43,816 bases of DNA from Ghiorsea sp. (lineage in GTDB: Bacteria; Pseudomonadota; Zetaproteobacteria; Mariprofundales; Mariprofundaceae). Positions 10,034-19,257 of this stretch are shown piece by piece. The translations under genes were made by a program, and so were the position numbers. The stretch covers positions 1 to 43,816 of the forward strand of contig JALUWH010000201.1 of assembly GCA_027019685.1 (NCBI GenBank), given 5' to 3'. Within the stretch, counting starts at the first letter, position 1. Each line of letters begins with the position of its first letter. Below the pieces are notes generated by a model. It had not been told where the DNA came from, made no database searches, and saw only the letters and a list, made by a program, of their open reading frames with translations.

Positions 10034-10189
10034 ATCATCATCTTTTTTGTTTTCTAAAGGTGGCAGTTTTCGATTGGGTTTATTGTATCTTTTCCATAAA
10101 TAAGAACCCAACCAAATCGCCGCACCTGCAGCTAAAGCATAGATGAGCGCAGAATCTTCACTGGAATTACTTGCAAAGTATCCTTTCAC
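10025..10189 (-). CDS. Small single-TM hypothetical protein (54 aa)
   Basis: Manual translation MKGYFASNSSEDSALIYALAAGAAIWLGSYLWKRYNKPNRKLPPLENKKDDDLE*. GTG start overlaps the radC stop (GTGA) and the ORF fills the whole gap. Confidence 0.5.
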   Translation of the reverse strand: MKGYFASNSSEDSALIYALAAGAAIWLGSYLWKRYNKPNRKLPPLENKKDDDLE

Positions 10190-10881
10190 TTTGGCCACCA
10201 ACCTTGTTCTTGGAAGGATAATACCTGTGTGCCCGCCAATAAAAAATGATCCAAAAGCTTAATGTCTAACGTATGACAAGCTTCAATCAGTTGACCCGTT
10301 AAAGCAATATCTTGTTCGCTAGCTAAAGCTGTACCTGCTGGATGATTATGAAAAATAATCAAACCTTTGGCATCCAGTTCCAAAGCACGTTTAATCAAAG
10401 TGCGGGGATATACCACAGCCCTATCCACCGTGCCTTCAAACAATATTTCAGTGGAAATGCACTGGTTTTGTTGATCGGTAAACAGCGCACCAAAGTATTC
10501 AATGCTTTTGTCTTGAAGCTTGAGGCGCAACCAAGCTTTGACCGTTTCGGGTGAGTCTAGCTTAGGTTTTGATGCCAGTTCCGACTCAAGATAACGTACT
10601 TGCGCTGCTTTCATGAGTTTTAAGAACTGCGCCGATTCTTTACCCAAACCTTCAACCGTTTGCAGCTCTTGAGTCTGTGCATCAAACACACCTGCCAAGG
10701 TTTCAAACTGTTTTAATAGGCGCTTGGCAATGGGTTTCACATCTTTGCGAGGAATCGCATATATAAGCAGCAACTCCAATACTTCATATTCATGAAACCC
10801 ATCAAGACCATGCTCGGCAAACCGTTGTTTTAACCTAGCCCTATGACCTTGAACGGACGTATCCATATAGGTATCAACCAA
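10186..10881 (-). CDS. radC: RadC-like JAB-domain protein (UPF0758)
   Basis: GHRARLK, ELLLIYAIPRKDVKPIAK, HhH region, EGTVDRAVVYPR and HNHPAG...S..D JAB motif, LLDH. Confidence 0.92.
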   Translation of the reverse strand: MVDTYMDTSVQGHRARLKQRFAEHGLDGFHEYEVLELLLIYAIPRKDVKPIAKRLLKQFETLAGVFDAQTQELQTVEGLGKESAQFLKLMKAAQVRYLESELASKPKLDSPETVKAWLRLKLQDKSIEYFGALFTDQQNQCISTEILFEGTVDRAVVYPRTLIKRALELDAKGLIIFHNHPAGTALASEQDIALTGQLIEACHTLDIKLLDHFLLAGTQVLSFQEQGWWPK

Positions 10882-10895
10882 TCAACAATACCTGA

Positions 10896-12254
10896 TTAAA
10901 AAGCATTGCTCTGAGCTTGTGCTTCTTTCTTTTCCCTAGCAATACGCTGACGTTCAATCTCATCTTGCATCGCTTTATAGTTTTTAGGGTAAGTGTAACG
11001 CATATATGTGGTGGTATCAGGCCAACCTCTAGATACTTTCAGCTTGATACCATCTTTAAGCTGCCATTGATATACAACCTTACCCAAACCAATATTGCCT
11101 GAAGCAGTATCTGGCTCTCCATATTTACTAGCGACCATGTTTTTAATTTTTAAAACTTGTTGGTTATCCATCCTACTTGGAAAAGTATATTGCGCATAAG
11201 CAAACCAATCATTTACAGTGTAACCCATATAAAGTTGGCTACTCCCTTTTAATACCTTAGAAGTATAATAATAATCGCCCCACTTATTTTTGTCTTCTGA
11301 TTTGACTCCTGCACCAGCTTTTTTAATCGCAGCCATCATAACATCACGATTGGCACACTTTATAAAAACTCCAAATAATTTTGTGCTTGCACCTTCTTGG
11401 CATGAAGCCATTTCCATGATTGCCAAGACATCCTTCAAATTATTCTGAGCATGCAGATTCCCCTGCTTCGCAGCCTTGCGATACCAAGCAACAGCTTGTT
11501 GATAATCTTGGGTAACACCTTGACCATTTTGGTACATCCACCCTAAATTATTTTGAGCAGAAGCATGCCCCTGCTCCGCAGCTTTACGATACCAAGCAAC
11601 AGCTTGTTGATAATCTTGAACAACTCCCTGACCATTATCATACATAACCCCTAAATTATACTGAGCATTCACATGCCCCTGCTCCGCAGCCTTACGATAC
11701 CAAGCAACAGCTTGTTGATAATCTTGGAGAACACCTTGACCATTTTTGTACATAACCCCTAAATTAGTCTGAGCCCTCGCATGTCCTTGCTTCGCAGCCT
11801 TACGATACCAAGCAGCAGCCTGCTTATAATCTTGAGCAACTCCCTGACCATTATCATACATAATCCCTAAATTATACTGAGCAGACGCATCCCCCTGCTC
11901 CGCAGCCTTGCGATACCAAGCAACAGCTTGTTGATAATCTTGAGCAACTCCCTGACCATTATCATACATAACCCCTAAATTATACTGAGCATTCGCATAC
12001 CCCTGCTCCGCAGCTTTACGATACCAAGCAACAGCTTGTTGATAATCTTGGGGAACACCTTGACCATTTTTGTACATAACCCCTAAATTATACTGAGCAA
12101 CCTTATTACCTGATTTCGCCAGCGGTTCCCAAAAAGTAAATGCTATGGCATAATCTTTTTGATTATATGCAACAAGACCTTTGTCAAAATTGTCATTTGC
12201 CCAAGATATATTTGAAAAGCATAATAAGATTGTTAAAAGAATTAGTTTTTTCAT
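10896..12254 (-). CDS. Secreted Sel1-repeat protein with an uncharacterised C-terminal domain
   Basis: Signal peptide; six 36-aa AQYNLGVMY.NGQGV.QDYQQAVAWYRKAAEQG repeats; about 170-aa unrecognised C-terminal domain. Confidence 0.9.
   Translation of the reverse strand: MKKLILLTILLCFSNISWANDNFDKGLVAYNQKDYAIAFTFWEPLAKSGNKVAQYNLGVMYKNGQGVPQDYQQAVAWYRKAAEQGYANAQYNLGVMYDNGQGVAQDYQQAVAWYRKAAEQGDASAQYNLGIMYDNGQGVAQDYKQAAAWYRKAAKQGHARAQTNLGVMYKNGQGVLQDYQQAVAWYRKAAEQGHVNAQYNLGVMYDNGQGVVQDYQQAVAWYRKAAEQGHASAQNNLGWMYQNGQGVTQDYQQAVAWYRKAAKQGNLHAQNNLKDVLAIMEMASCQEGASTKLFGVFIKCANRDVMMAAIKKAGAGVKSEDKNKWGDYYYTSKVLKGSSQLYMGYTVNDWFAYAQYTFPSRMDNQQVLKIKNMVASKYGEPDTASGNIGLGKVVYQWQLKDGIKLKVSRGWPDTTTYMRYTYPKNYKAMQDEIERQRIAREKKEAQAQSNAF
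11445..12098 (-). repeat. Six tandem 108-bp near-identical coding repeats (Sel1 units)
   Basis: GATACCAAGCA anchor at 11480, 11588, 11696, 11804, 11912 and 12020, an exact 108-bp period. Boundaries are approximate. Confidence 0.9.
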
Positions 12255-12284
12255 CGTTTCCCCTCTTTTTTGTATATTTTAAAT

Positions 12285-14360
12285 TTAAGCTAACCTTGAT
12301 ACATCAGCAAGACGTAAGAATAACCCTCGTAACCTTGCCAACAATGCCAAACGATTCGTTTTAATAGCATCATCATCAGCCATCACCATCACCCCATCAA
12401 AGAAGGTATCTACAGGCTCTCTCAAACCTGCCAACACTTGAAGTTGAGCTTTTGCATTATCTGGGAAGTTACCCTCAGCTTGCTGCAATGCTTTGAACAA
12501 TGCTTTTTCTGCATCTTCCGCCATCAAGCTTTCATCAATATTAGTGCTAACATCGCCCGCTTTTTTCAATATATTCGCAATACGTTTATTCGCCGCAGCC
12601 ACAGCTTGCCCAGCTTCTGAATCTGCAAACCCTGTTAATAAACTCGCCACTTTCAAATGCTGATGCAATGGCAATGCCAAATTCGCACCCAATGCTGCAT
12701 CACATGCAGGTTTGGTCACATCAAAGCCTTCAGCTAGACCCAAGAAACGCTCATGAATAAAGGTAAGCACGGCTGCCTGAGTTTCATCACTAATCGCAAT
12801 GGTTACCCGCTGTTGATTCCATTGCTTAGATGCTTCCTGCAACACATCCTGCAAGGTCATATCAATCGGATTGTTTTCATCCGCCAACAAACGTACAAGC
12901 CCAATGGCTGCACGACGCAAGGCAAATGGGTCAGCACTTGCCGTTGGAATTTTACCCAAGTGGAAATAACCCAACAACTTATCTGCGCGTTCAACCACAG
13001 CAATAGCTTTGGCAATTGGTGAAATTGGCAAATCATCATCTGCACCTGCTGGGGCATAATGTTGGCTGATGGCTTGCGAGACTTCTTTGCTTTCACCATC
13101 CATGTCTGCGTAAATACCACCCATATAACCTTGTAGTTCAGGGAACTCGCCCACCAAACCAGTGGTTAAGTCGGATTTACATAAATATGCTGCACGTTGC
13201 GCTACATTAGCATCCACACCCAGCTTATCTGCATTATCCAACACAAAACCACGCAAGCGGCGCACTTGGTCGCCCACCATGCCAAGCCCATCTTGGAATA
13301 CGATTTCAGATAATTTTTCTACGCGTGATTCCAATGTTTCTTTCGGGTCACGCTCAAAGAAGAACATCGCATCAGCCAAACGTGCATTAACCACGCGCTC
13401 ATTGCCATGCGCCACCATGGCAGGGTCTTTGGACTTGATGTTGGCAACTGCAAAAAACACATTGGATGTGTTGCCATCTTTATCTTTGGTCGAGAAGCAG
13501 CGTTGATGATGCTTGAGCTCAATACGGCTCACTTCAATCGGTAACTTCAAAAATTCTTCCAAATAATGTCCTGTAATCACATGCGGCCATTCGGTTAAGT
13601 CGGTGACTTCTTCAACCAAATCATCATCTTCCACCAAGGATACACCCACAGCCTTCGCTGCCTCTGATAAACCTTGCGCAATGCTCGCTTTCCGCGCTGC
13701 CCTATCAGCAACTACCATACGCTCATTCAGCCAAGCAAACGGGTCTGTAACACTGATGTCACCCTTAGCGTCTTTACACATTCTATGACCATAAGATGCT
13801 GTACCCGCTTGAATACCTGCAAACTCAAATGGAATCACATCATCGCCCAAACGCGCCACAATCCAGCGAATCGGACGAATAAATGCATCGCTCCTCGTAT
13901 CCCCATCCTGCCATTGCATTTGTTTAGGGCTTGGCAAACCACGCAAAGTTGCAGGCATGGATTCAGCAATAATATCAGCCACTTTTTTACCTTTGACTGT
14001 GATAGTCGCTTTCATATATTTGGCTTTACCATCACCTTTATCGGTAAACTCAAAATCGGATACATTTAAACCTGATTTCCGCGCAAAACCTTCCGCAGCC
14101 TTGGTTGGTTCACCATCTTTGAGTGCGATATTTTCAGGAGGCCCCCAAATCACTTGCTCGCGATCTGCTTGCATAATCGGGCAATTTTCAGCATGAACCA
14201 ATAAGCGGCGAGGCGTTACACCCAACACCAAATCCGATGTTTCAATATTTGCATCATTAAACACTTTAGCCAGCGCTGTTTTCAAAGCATTACCCATGCG
14301 AGGCGCAACACCTGCAGGGATTTCTTCTACACCAATTTCAATCAACAATGGTTTTTTCAT
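12285..14360 (-). CDS. glyS: Glycine--tRNA ligase beta subunit
   Basis: LLIEIGVEEIPA, TPRRL, FIRPIRW, GNERVVNARLADA, EFPELQG, DPFALRRAA and NRLALL motifs. Confidence 0.97.
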   Translation of the reverse strand: MKKPLLIEIGVEEIPAGVAPRMGNALKTALAKVFNDANIETSDLVLGVTPRRLLVHAENCPIMQADREQVIWGPPENIALKDGEPTKAAEGFARKSGLNVSDFEFTDKGDGKAKYMKATITVKGKKVADIIAESMPATLRGLPSPKQMQWQDGDTRSDAFIRPIRWIVARLGDDVIPFEFAGIQAGTASYGHRMCKDAKGDISVTDPFAWLNERMVVADRAARKASIAQGLSEAAKAVGVSLVEDDDLVEEVTDLTEWPHVITGHYLEEFLKLPIEVSRIELKHHQRCFSTKDKDGNTSNVFFAVANIKSKDPAMVAHGNERVVNARLADAMFFFERDPKETLESRVEKLSEIVFQDGLGMVGDQVRRLRGFVLDNADKLGVDANVAQRAAYLCKSDLTTGLVGEFPELQGYMGGIYADMDGESKEVSQAISQHYAPAGADDDLPISPIAKAIAVVERADKLLGYFHLGKIPTASADPFALRRAAIGLVRLLADENNPIDMTLQDVLQEASKQWNQQRVTIAISDETQAAVLTFIHERFLGLAEGFDVTKPACDAALGANLALPLHQHLKVASLLTGFADSEAGQAVAAANKRIANILKKAGDVSTNIDESLMAEDAEKALFKALQQAEGNFPDNAKAQLQVLAGLREPVDTFFDGVMVMADDDAIKTNRLALLARLRGLFLRLADVSRLA

Positions 14361-14421
14361 CGCTTTGCCACCTTAGAAACTTTGCTGCCGCACATGATTA
14401 AAATAACACCCATTATTTTAT

Positions 14422-15279
14422 TCATGATTCTACCCCCGCATACCCTTGGGCAACGGTGCGCGATAATCCTCGCACCCTGCCAATAAAGCGTTGCCGCTCT
14501 GCCACAGAAATTGCACCACGCGCATCAAGTAAGTTAAAAGCATGAGAAGCTTTGATCACTTCCTCATACGCAGGTAAAAACAAATCATTTTCAGCCAGTT
14601 TTTTACAATCTTTTTCAGCTTGGTCGAATTGCTGTTGCAAAAATTCGATATTCGCATGTTCAAAGTTGTATGCGGAAAACTCTTGTTCATTGCGCAAAAA
14701 CACATCGCCATACATCACCTTTTTACCATCAGGCTGCTCCACCCACACAAGGTCATACACATTTTCTACGCCTTGGATATACATCGCCAAGCGCTCTAAA
14801 CCATAAGTAATCTCGCCCGGTGTACGGCTAAGCTCCACACCACCTACTTGTTGGAAGTAGGTAAACTGAGTTACTTCCATGCCATTAAGCCAGACTTCCC
14901 AACCCAAGCCCCATGCACCAAGCGTTGGCGATTCCCAATCATCTTCCACAAAACGAATATCGTGAACATCCGTATCAATGCCAATCTCACGCAACGATGC
15001 CAGATACAAATCCAAAATATCTTCGGGTGCAGGCTTTAAAATCACCTGAAACTGATAATAATGTTGTAAGCGGTTGGGGTTTTCACCATAGCGGCCATCT
15101 GTTGGGCGGCGGCATGGCTGCACATAAGCTGTGCGCCAATCTTTATCATCCAACACACGCAAAAATGTAGATGGGTGAAACGTGCCTGCACCCATAGAAC
15201 TATCATAAGGCTGCTGCACTACGCAGCCCTGCTTTGCCCAAAAGTGCTGCAATGTCAGCAATAAATCTTGAAATGTCAC
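14422..15279 (-). CDS. glyQ: Glycine--tRNA ligase alpha subunit
   Basis: [51 protein letters not shown] motifs; GTG start. Confidence 0.98.
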   Translation of the reverse strand: MTFQDLLLTLQHFWAKQGCVVQQPYDSSMGAGTFHPSTFLRVLDDKDWRTAYVQPCRRPTDGRYGENPNRLQHYYQFQVILKPAPEDILDLYLASLREIGIDTDVHDIRFVEDDWESPTLGAWGLGWEVWLNGMEVTQFTYFQQVGGVELSRTPGEITYGLERLAMYIQGVENVYDLVWVEQPDGKKVMYGDVFLRNEQEFSAYNFEHANIEFLQQQFDQAEKDCKKLAENDLFLPAYEEVIKASHAFNLLDARGAISVAERQRFIGRVRGLSRTVAQGYAGVES

Positions 15280-15438
15280 GGTTAAACGCTCCGATAAAAA
15301 ATATACAAAAAGATAATTTGCCGCAAACTATAACCCATCACGCATTTTCGTCATTACATAAGTTCTTTTTGTCTTTCCCCCTTATTATCCGCATAGTAAG
15401 CCAATGCGTATAATGGTTAAAAGGGTGAAACATATATC

Positions 15439-16011
15439 ATGAATACACCTGCTCATGCCATCATCAACTTGTTGTTAGCTGGCAAGACAAACCGCAAACA
15501 ATATGCCTTACCTATTATGATAGGCGCGCTTCTGCCCGACTTTTCTATGTTTCTATTTTATGTATGGGAAAAATATAAGGGTGTATCCGAAAGCATTATC
15601 TGGAATGATTTGTATCACCAACCTGCATGGCAAGCTCTCTTCAATACTTTTCATTCATTCCCTTTGCTGGCAGTGGCCTGTTTTGTAGCATGGCGAGCCC
15701 GACTAACCACATGGGCTGTATTTTTTGCCAGTATGTTTGTCCACTCAATTTTCGATTTTCCTGTGCATCATAATGATGCACACCAACACTTTTTTCCTTT
15801 CTCTGACTATCAGTTTATCAGCCCAATTTCTTACTGGGATCCCGCTCATTATGGGTTGTGGGTAGGTGGTTTAGAATTACTGACTGTTCTGGTTGGCTCT
15901 GCATTTATATTACGACAAGCAGAAAAAAGAACCGCCTTAAAACGAAGCGTGCTGGCAATCGCCAGTATCTACCTCATCTTTTGGGGTTTTGCTTTGCTTA
16001 TGTGGTTGTAA
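15439..16011 (+). CDS. Putative membrane metal-dependent hydrolase (YdjM/LexA-binding hydrolase-like)
   Basis: TPAH, GALLPD, FHS and HSIFDFPVHHNDAHQHFFP His/Asp motifs within several TM helices. Confidence 0.6.
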   Translation: MNTPAHAIINLLLAGKTNRKQYALPIMIGALLPDFSMFLFYVWEKYKGVSESIIWNDLYHQPAWQALFNTFHSFPLLAVACFVAWRARLTTWAVFFASMFVHSIFDFPVHHNDAHQHFFPFSDYQFISPISYWDPAHYGLWVGGLELLTVLVGSAFILRQAEKRTALKRSVLAIASIYLIFWGFALLMWL

Positions 16012-16672
16012 CAACTTTCGAACTAAGATAACCACCCGTTTTTCTCAGATATTCCAAAAAAATCTCATCAAAGTTATCCACAACTGAATGTTTAACCGAC
16101 TCCCGCTTTAAAACTGTCTCGCTCCAATCAGCCACCCTTTCACTAAACAGGTTAAGTTTATGCAACTGTTCAGCCAATTGTAGACGCAAGAATATAGGGG
16201 CGTATGCCGCATCAACCAAAGAAAAATGCTTACCTGCAAAATAAGGGCCATCAGCATCAATAACTTTCTCTAACTGATTAAATTGCTCAGCTAGCTTCTC
16301 CTTTAATTCACCAAACTCTTTTTCATCCTCTTCACGCAACATTGCAAACATAGTCATGGTGATTGCTGAAGCAAACTCTGTCCATGAACGGTGTTTTGCT
16401 TTTTCTAGTAAATCTTTGGGATGAAGGCTTGGCGCATAACATTCGTCAAGATACTCAGCAATAACTGCCGACTCAAAAACAACAGTATCGTCAACTTTTA
16501 ATACAGGCACTTTCCCTAAAGGCGAGAGCTCTGTAAACCAATTGGGTAAGTTCTTAAGATCAATATAGGTCGTCTTATAGGCAATATTTTTCTCACATAA
16601 TATAATGGCTGAACGTTGAACAAAGGGGCAAACTTTAAAACTTATTAATTCAGGTTGTGATTGAGAATCCAT
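15998..16672 (-). CDS. Glutathione S-transferase (Cys-type active site)
   Basis: CPFVQR active site, SPLGKVPVL, FESAVIAEYLDE, FSLVDAAYAP; AGGAGAGG RBS before ATG 16672. Confidence 0.9.
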   Translation of the reverse strand: MDSQSQPELISFKVCPFVQRSAIILCEKNIAYKTTYIDLKNLPNWFTELSPLGKVPVLKVDDTVVFESAVIAEYLDECYAPSLHPKDLLEKAKHRSWTEFASAITMTMFAMLREEDEKEFGELKEKLAEQFNQLEKVIDADGPYFAGKHFSLVDAAYAPIFLRLQLAEQLHKLNLFSERVADWSETVLKRESVKHSVVDNFDEIFLEYLRKTGGYLSSKVVTTT

Positions 16673-16827
16673 GATACCTCTCCTGTGCTGCTGCTGTGCC
16701 TTATTGAGTAAATGCGGCAGGTATTGTATAGTGAATACCTGTTGGATAGTAACGGCGAAAGCATTCATTATGGACTGTTTGCTCTTCTGTTCATCGCATC
16801 ATACATACGCTACTCAGGAGAAAACAT

Positions 16828-17862
16828 ATGAAAGTGCCAGCGTCTTTAGTCCTTCGTTTGCTGAGTTTAATGCTTGTTATCATTGGGCTCTCTCTGATGT
16901 TATATTCAGGTGCGCTGTTATCAGATGATATTATATCTGAGCCCAACACAAACCTTCAACTGACCCTAGGCACACTCTTATTACTAGTTGGTTTTATCGG
17001 CCCTGTTCGTATTATTTATAATGGTGCACAAGTGCCTGCTGAAATCCAGCGTACGATTATCATACTCGCTATCACCATACCACTTTCAGGCGCAAGCCTA
17101 TTGTTTGCGGGCATGATGGATGAGCCAATATATAGCTTTTGGGCATATTTTTGCGTTGGTCTTCTGATTATATTGTCCGTCTTGCTTGGTTTTTATCCTT
17201 TAAGCAAAAGGTTTCCCAATAATTTTTATATTGGTGAGATGTTGAGCATTATAAAATCGGCAGGCATCGCTGGTGATAAAGAAAGTAGCCCCGCCGACCA
17301 AGCCATGATGCGCTGGACAACAGGGCGTGAGGGTGTCCCTGTGGGCAACAAAGCCCCTAATGGAACAGTGATTACCATGCAAGGTGAAGAAGTTCAGCTT
17401 TCTTCATTCTTTGGCAAAAATCCACTCGTGTTAAACTTTGGTTCTTACAGTTGCCCGCATCATAGAAAGCGTATCAATGAACTGTTGAATCTGATGAACA
17501 AATGGCAACATCAGAATATCGATTTTTTAACCGTATACACAGCCGAAGCACACACTGAGGATGGTTGGAAGTTGGAAGATCAATACGTTAATGATGCAGA
17601 ATACACAAATGAAGATGATTTCTGTTTCTCTTATGCAACCACCATTGATGAACGCCGACACATGGCGGAATGGCTCATCAAAACCAAACATTTTGATATG
17701 CCTCTTGTGCTCGACACGATGCAAGATACGCTACTCAAAGCATACAATTCTTGGCCTATTCGCTTGTATGTTATCCATGAATCTAAAGTGGTTTACTGCG
17801 GCGACCAAGGACCCTTTGGCTATGAACCAAGCAGCGTTGATGCCGCATTGAAAAAGTGCTAA
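16828..17862 (+). CDS. Iodothyronine deiodinase-like thioredoxin-fold protein with N-terminal 4-TM domain
   Basis: G.KAPN, PLVLNFGSYSCP, DFLTVYTAEAHTEDGW, DTMQD...Y.SWPIRLYVI and GPFGY match the deiodinase signature blocks. Cys (TGC) sits at the Sec position. AGGAG RBS. Confidence 0.82.
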   Translation: MKVPASLVLRLLSLMLVIIGLSLMLYSGALLSDDIISEPNTNLQLTLGTLLLLVGFIGPVRIIYNGAQVPAEIQRTIIILAITIPLSGASLLFAGMMDEPIYSFWAYFCVGLLIILSVLLGFYPLSKRFPNNFYIGEMLSIIKSAGIAGDKESSPADQAMMRWTTGREGVPVGNKAPNGTVITMQGEEVQLSSFFGKNPLVLNFGSYSCPHHRKRINELLNLMNKWQHQNIDFLTVYTAEAHTEDGWKLEDQYVNDAEYTNEDDFCFSYATTIDERRHMAEWLIKTKHFDMPLVLDTMQDTLLKAYNSWPIRLYVIHESKVVYCGDQGPFGYEPSSVDAALKKC

Positions 17863-18064
17863 AAATGGGTGAAACAAGCCCTGCCCTCTGTGTAATATTC
17901 CCATCGCACATCTCCTTAATGGATATAAATATATTTCATATGATTATAGTTAGAGTATAAAGCAGAAGGGATTGATATTTACCCATCATGGGCTACGGTA
18001 TGCATATATGATGAAGCTATACAGAAACAGTATAATAATTAGTTAGATTTGACACATATAAAAA

Positions 18065-18649
18065 ATGGCAATAATTAAGAAATCAGCAATTCTAGAAAAG
18101 TATAATGTTGCCCAAACTACGCTATTAGATGATGATGCGGAAGTACGATATGCTGCAGGTAGGCTTAAAGAATCCTTCGAAGCGTTCTCATTTTCAAAAA
18201 CTTATGATATTTTTCTTTCACACTCGTATTCAGATTCAAGAGTAGTTAAACAAATCAGAGACATGCTTATTAACAAAGGGTATTCAGTGTATGTTGATTG
18301 GATTGAAGACAAGCATCTTGATAGAGGAGCTGTTTCGGAACATACGGCACAAATCATTAAAAATAGAATGAATGGTTGTTCTTCATTAATTTATTTAACA
18401 TCTAGCAATGCGGAAAACTCAGTATGGATGCCTTGGGAGCTAGGGTATATGGATGCACATACAGGCTTAGTAGCTGTTGCTCCAATTATTGATGATGATG
18501 AAGAATTTGAAGGGAGGGAATATTTAGGAATTTACCCTTATTTAGATTTAACCGAGGATAATTTTTATATCCAAACTAACTCATCTACGTGGGTTAATTT
18601 ACAAGGGTGGATGAAAGGGGAAAAGCCTGAAGTACATAATAGTATATAA
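18065..18649 (+). CDS. TIR-domain protein (ThsB-like)
   Basis: YDIFLSHSYSD, GYSVYVDW and SVWMPWELG with the catalytic Glu. Confidence 0.85.
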   Translation: MAIIKKSAILEKYNVAQTTLLDDDAEVRYAAGRLKESFEAFSFSKTYDIFLSHSYSDSRVVKQIRDMLINKGYSVYVDWIEDKHLDRGAVSEHTAQIIKNRMNGCSSLIYLTSSNAENSVWMPWELGYMDAHTGLVAVAPIIDDDEEFEGREYLGIYPYLDLTEDNFYIQTNSSTWVNLQGWMKGEKPEVHNSI

Positions 18650-18663
18650 CATCAATTTCTAAT

Positions 18664-19251
18664 ATGGGACAATGTAAAGCGAAAACCAAATTAGGTCATA
18701 GATGTAAGAAAATAGCACAAACTAATAAAAAGTTTTGCTATCAACATACAAACAAGACTGATAAAAGTGGGCTATTAGCAATAGCAGCTGGTGCTGCTAT
18801 TGGTAATATTTTCTTTCCGGGCTTAGGTGGTATAGTGGTCGGTGGTGCTGTAGGTAAAATTGTGGGGGAAAATATCGTCATGACAAAAAAAGTGTTTGTA
18901 AGTTTTGATTTTGATAATGATAAAAAATTAAAAGACTTCATTATTGGTCAGTCTAGATTAGCTGATTCACCCTTTGAAATATCAGATCATTCTTTAAAAG
19001 AAGCTGCTCCTGAGCACAACTGGGAAGCAAAGGCTGACGCTGCAATTGCACGTTCAGACATTGTGGTTGTAATGGTTGGTCCTAACACGTATCGAGCACA
19101 TGGAGTTCTCAAGGAGGTTCGTATGGCTCGCGCCAGAAATAAAAACATAGTCCAAGTCATAGGCTATAAAGACGGAAATTATACAGCCGTACCAAATGCA
19201 GGCAGGTTATATTCATGGAATTGGGATAATCTAAAAAAACTATTAGGATGA
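18664..19251 (+). CDS. MTH538/DUF1863 TIR-like protein with N-terminal CCCH Zn-finger-like motif and glycine-zipper segment
   Basis: KVFVSFDFDND, DHSLKE, SDIVVVMVG and GVLKEV (catalytic Glu). N-terminal C.AKTK.G.RCK...FCYQH and AGAAIG...GGIVVGGAVG. Alternative ATG at 18880. Confidence 0.8.
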   Translation: MGQCKAKTKLGHRCKKIAQTNKKFCYQHTNKTDKSGLLAIAAGAAIGNIFFPGLGGIVVGGAVGKIVGENIVMTKKVFVSFDFDNDKKLKDFIIGQSRLADSPFEISDHSLKEAAPEHNWEAKADAAIARSDIVVVMVGPNTYRAHGVLKEVRMARARNKNIVQVIGYKDGNYTAVPNAGRLYSWNWDNLKKLLG

Positions 19252-19257
19252 CTTAAT

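Noticed and set aside
10186-10881. radC as a marker of an integrative element
   Set aside because: It is the full-length HhH+JAB chromosomal type, with no integrase or conjugation genes nearby.
11445-12098. Regularly spaced repeats as a possible CRISPR array
   Set aside because: The 108-bp period is in frame, the intervening sequences are also near-identical, the repeats encode Sel1 units, and no cas genes are present.
17440-17465. Possible selenocysteine in the deiodinase-like gene
   Set aside because: The active-site codon is TGC (Cys) and the ORF has no in-frame TGA.
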